Below are positions 19,733 through 20,000 of a stretch of 20,000 nt of DNA, in pieces. The notes beneath the pieces are model-generated. The model was not told where the DNA came from. It did no database searches and saw only the letters and a program-made list of their open reading frames with translations. The stretch covers positions 45,815 through 65,814 of the forward strand of contig JABLTG010000113.1 of the NCBI GenBank assembly GCA_016618085.1. Reading direction: 5' to 3'. The position numbers were made by a program, and so were the translations under genes. Source of the stretch: Neovahlkampfia damariscottae (taxonomy: Eukaryota). Positions within the stretch are counted from its first letter, which is position 1. Every line of letters starts with the position of its first letter.

Positions 19733-20000
19733 AATTTATTGAGACTTCTATAATTGGTGTTTGAGGAAAGATCAAAAGTTTATTGAAGTCATTCAAAGAT
19801 ATGATAAAAAAGAATGCATTAGAAGATTTGATTGAGTAAGAAAAACTTTTATGGGATAACAGGTAAAAATTAACCGCTATCTTAAAACTGACTTTTCCGT
19901 TCATTCTGATTAATCAGACCAGACATTAAAATCAAGGTTTCTTTCGGGATAGGACCGTCGCCAGCAGTACTGGCAGTTTTTGGATTTCCAATAAAATTTT

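Overview
AT-rich, gene-dense nuclear DNA from a eukaryotic microbe (protist-like; resembles compact heterolobosean/amoeba genomes, but the taxon cannot be established from the sequence). The standard genetic code applies, and the ORF track is fragmented by tiny GT-AG spliceosomal introns: I reconstructed 28 of them, all 29-41 nt. Genes in order: Mpo1/DUF962 fatty-acid dioxygenase (-); PARN deadenylase ending in a polybasic CaaX tail (+); two intronless RI-like LRR genes and a third, decayed LRR paralogue (-); a degenerate coding region bracketed by an imperfect inverted repeat (6455-7923); a 101-aa orphan (+); a ~1272-aa EF-hand/Sel1/coiled-coil/unknown/TerD-like/C2 protein (-); a secreted beta-lactamase-family serine hydrolase with one frameshift (-); a choline/ethanolamine kinase (-) head-to-head with a PARP6/8-type mono-ADP-ribosyltransferase (+); a Kelch-repeat gene (-); and a broken, possibly SAM-like gene at the right end. 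CCAAT boxes lie within about 50 nt of most start codons. The best leads are the possibly prenylated PARN, the multi-calcium-module giant protein, the inverted-repeat-bounded element, and the conserved C-terminal motif of the LRR family. No rRNA, tRNA or CRISPR array was recognised.
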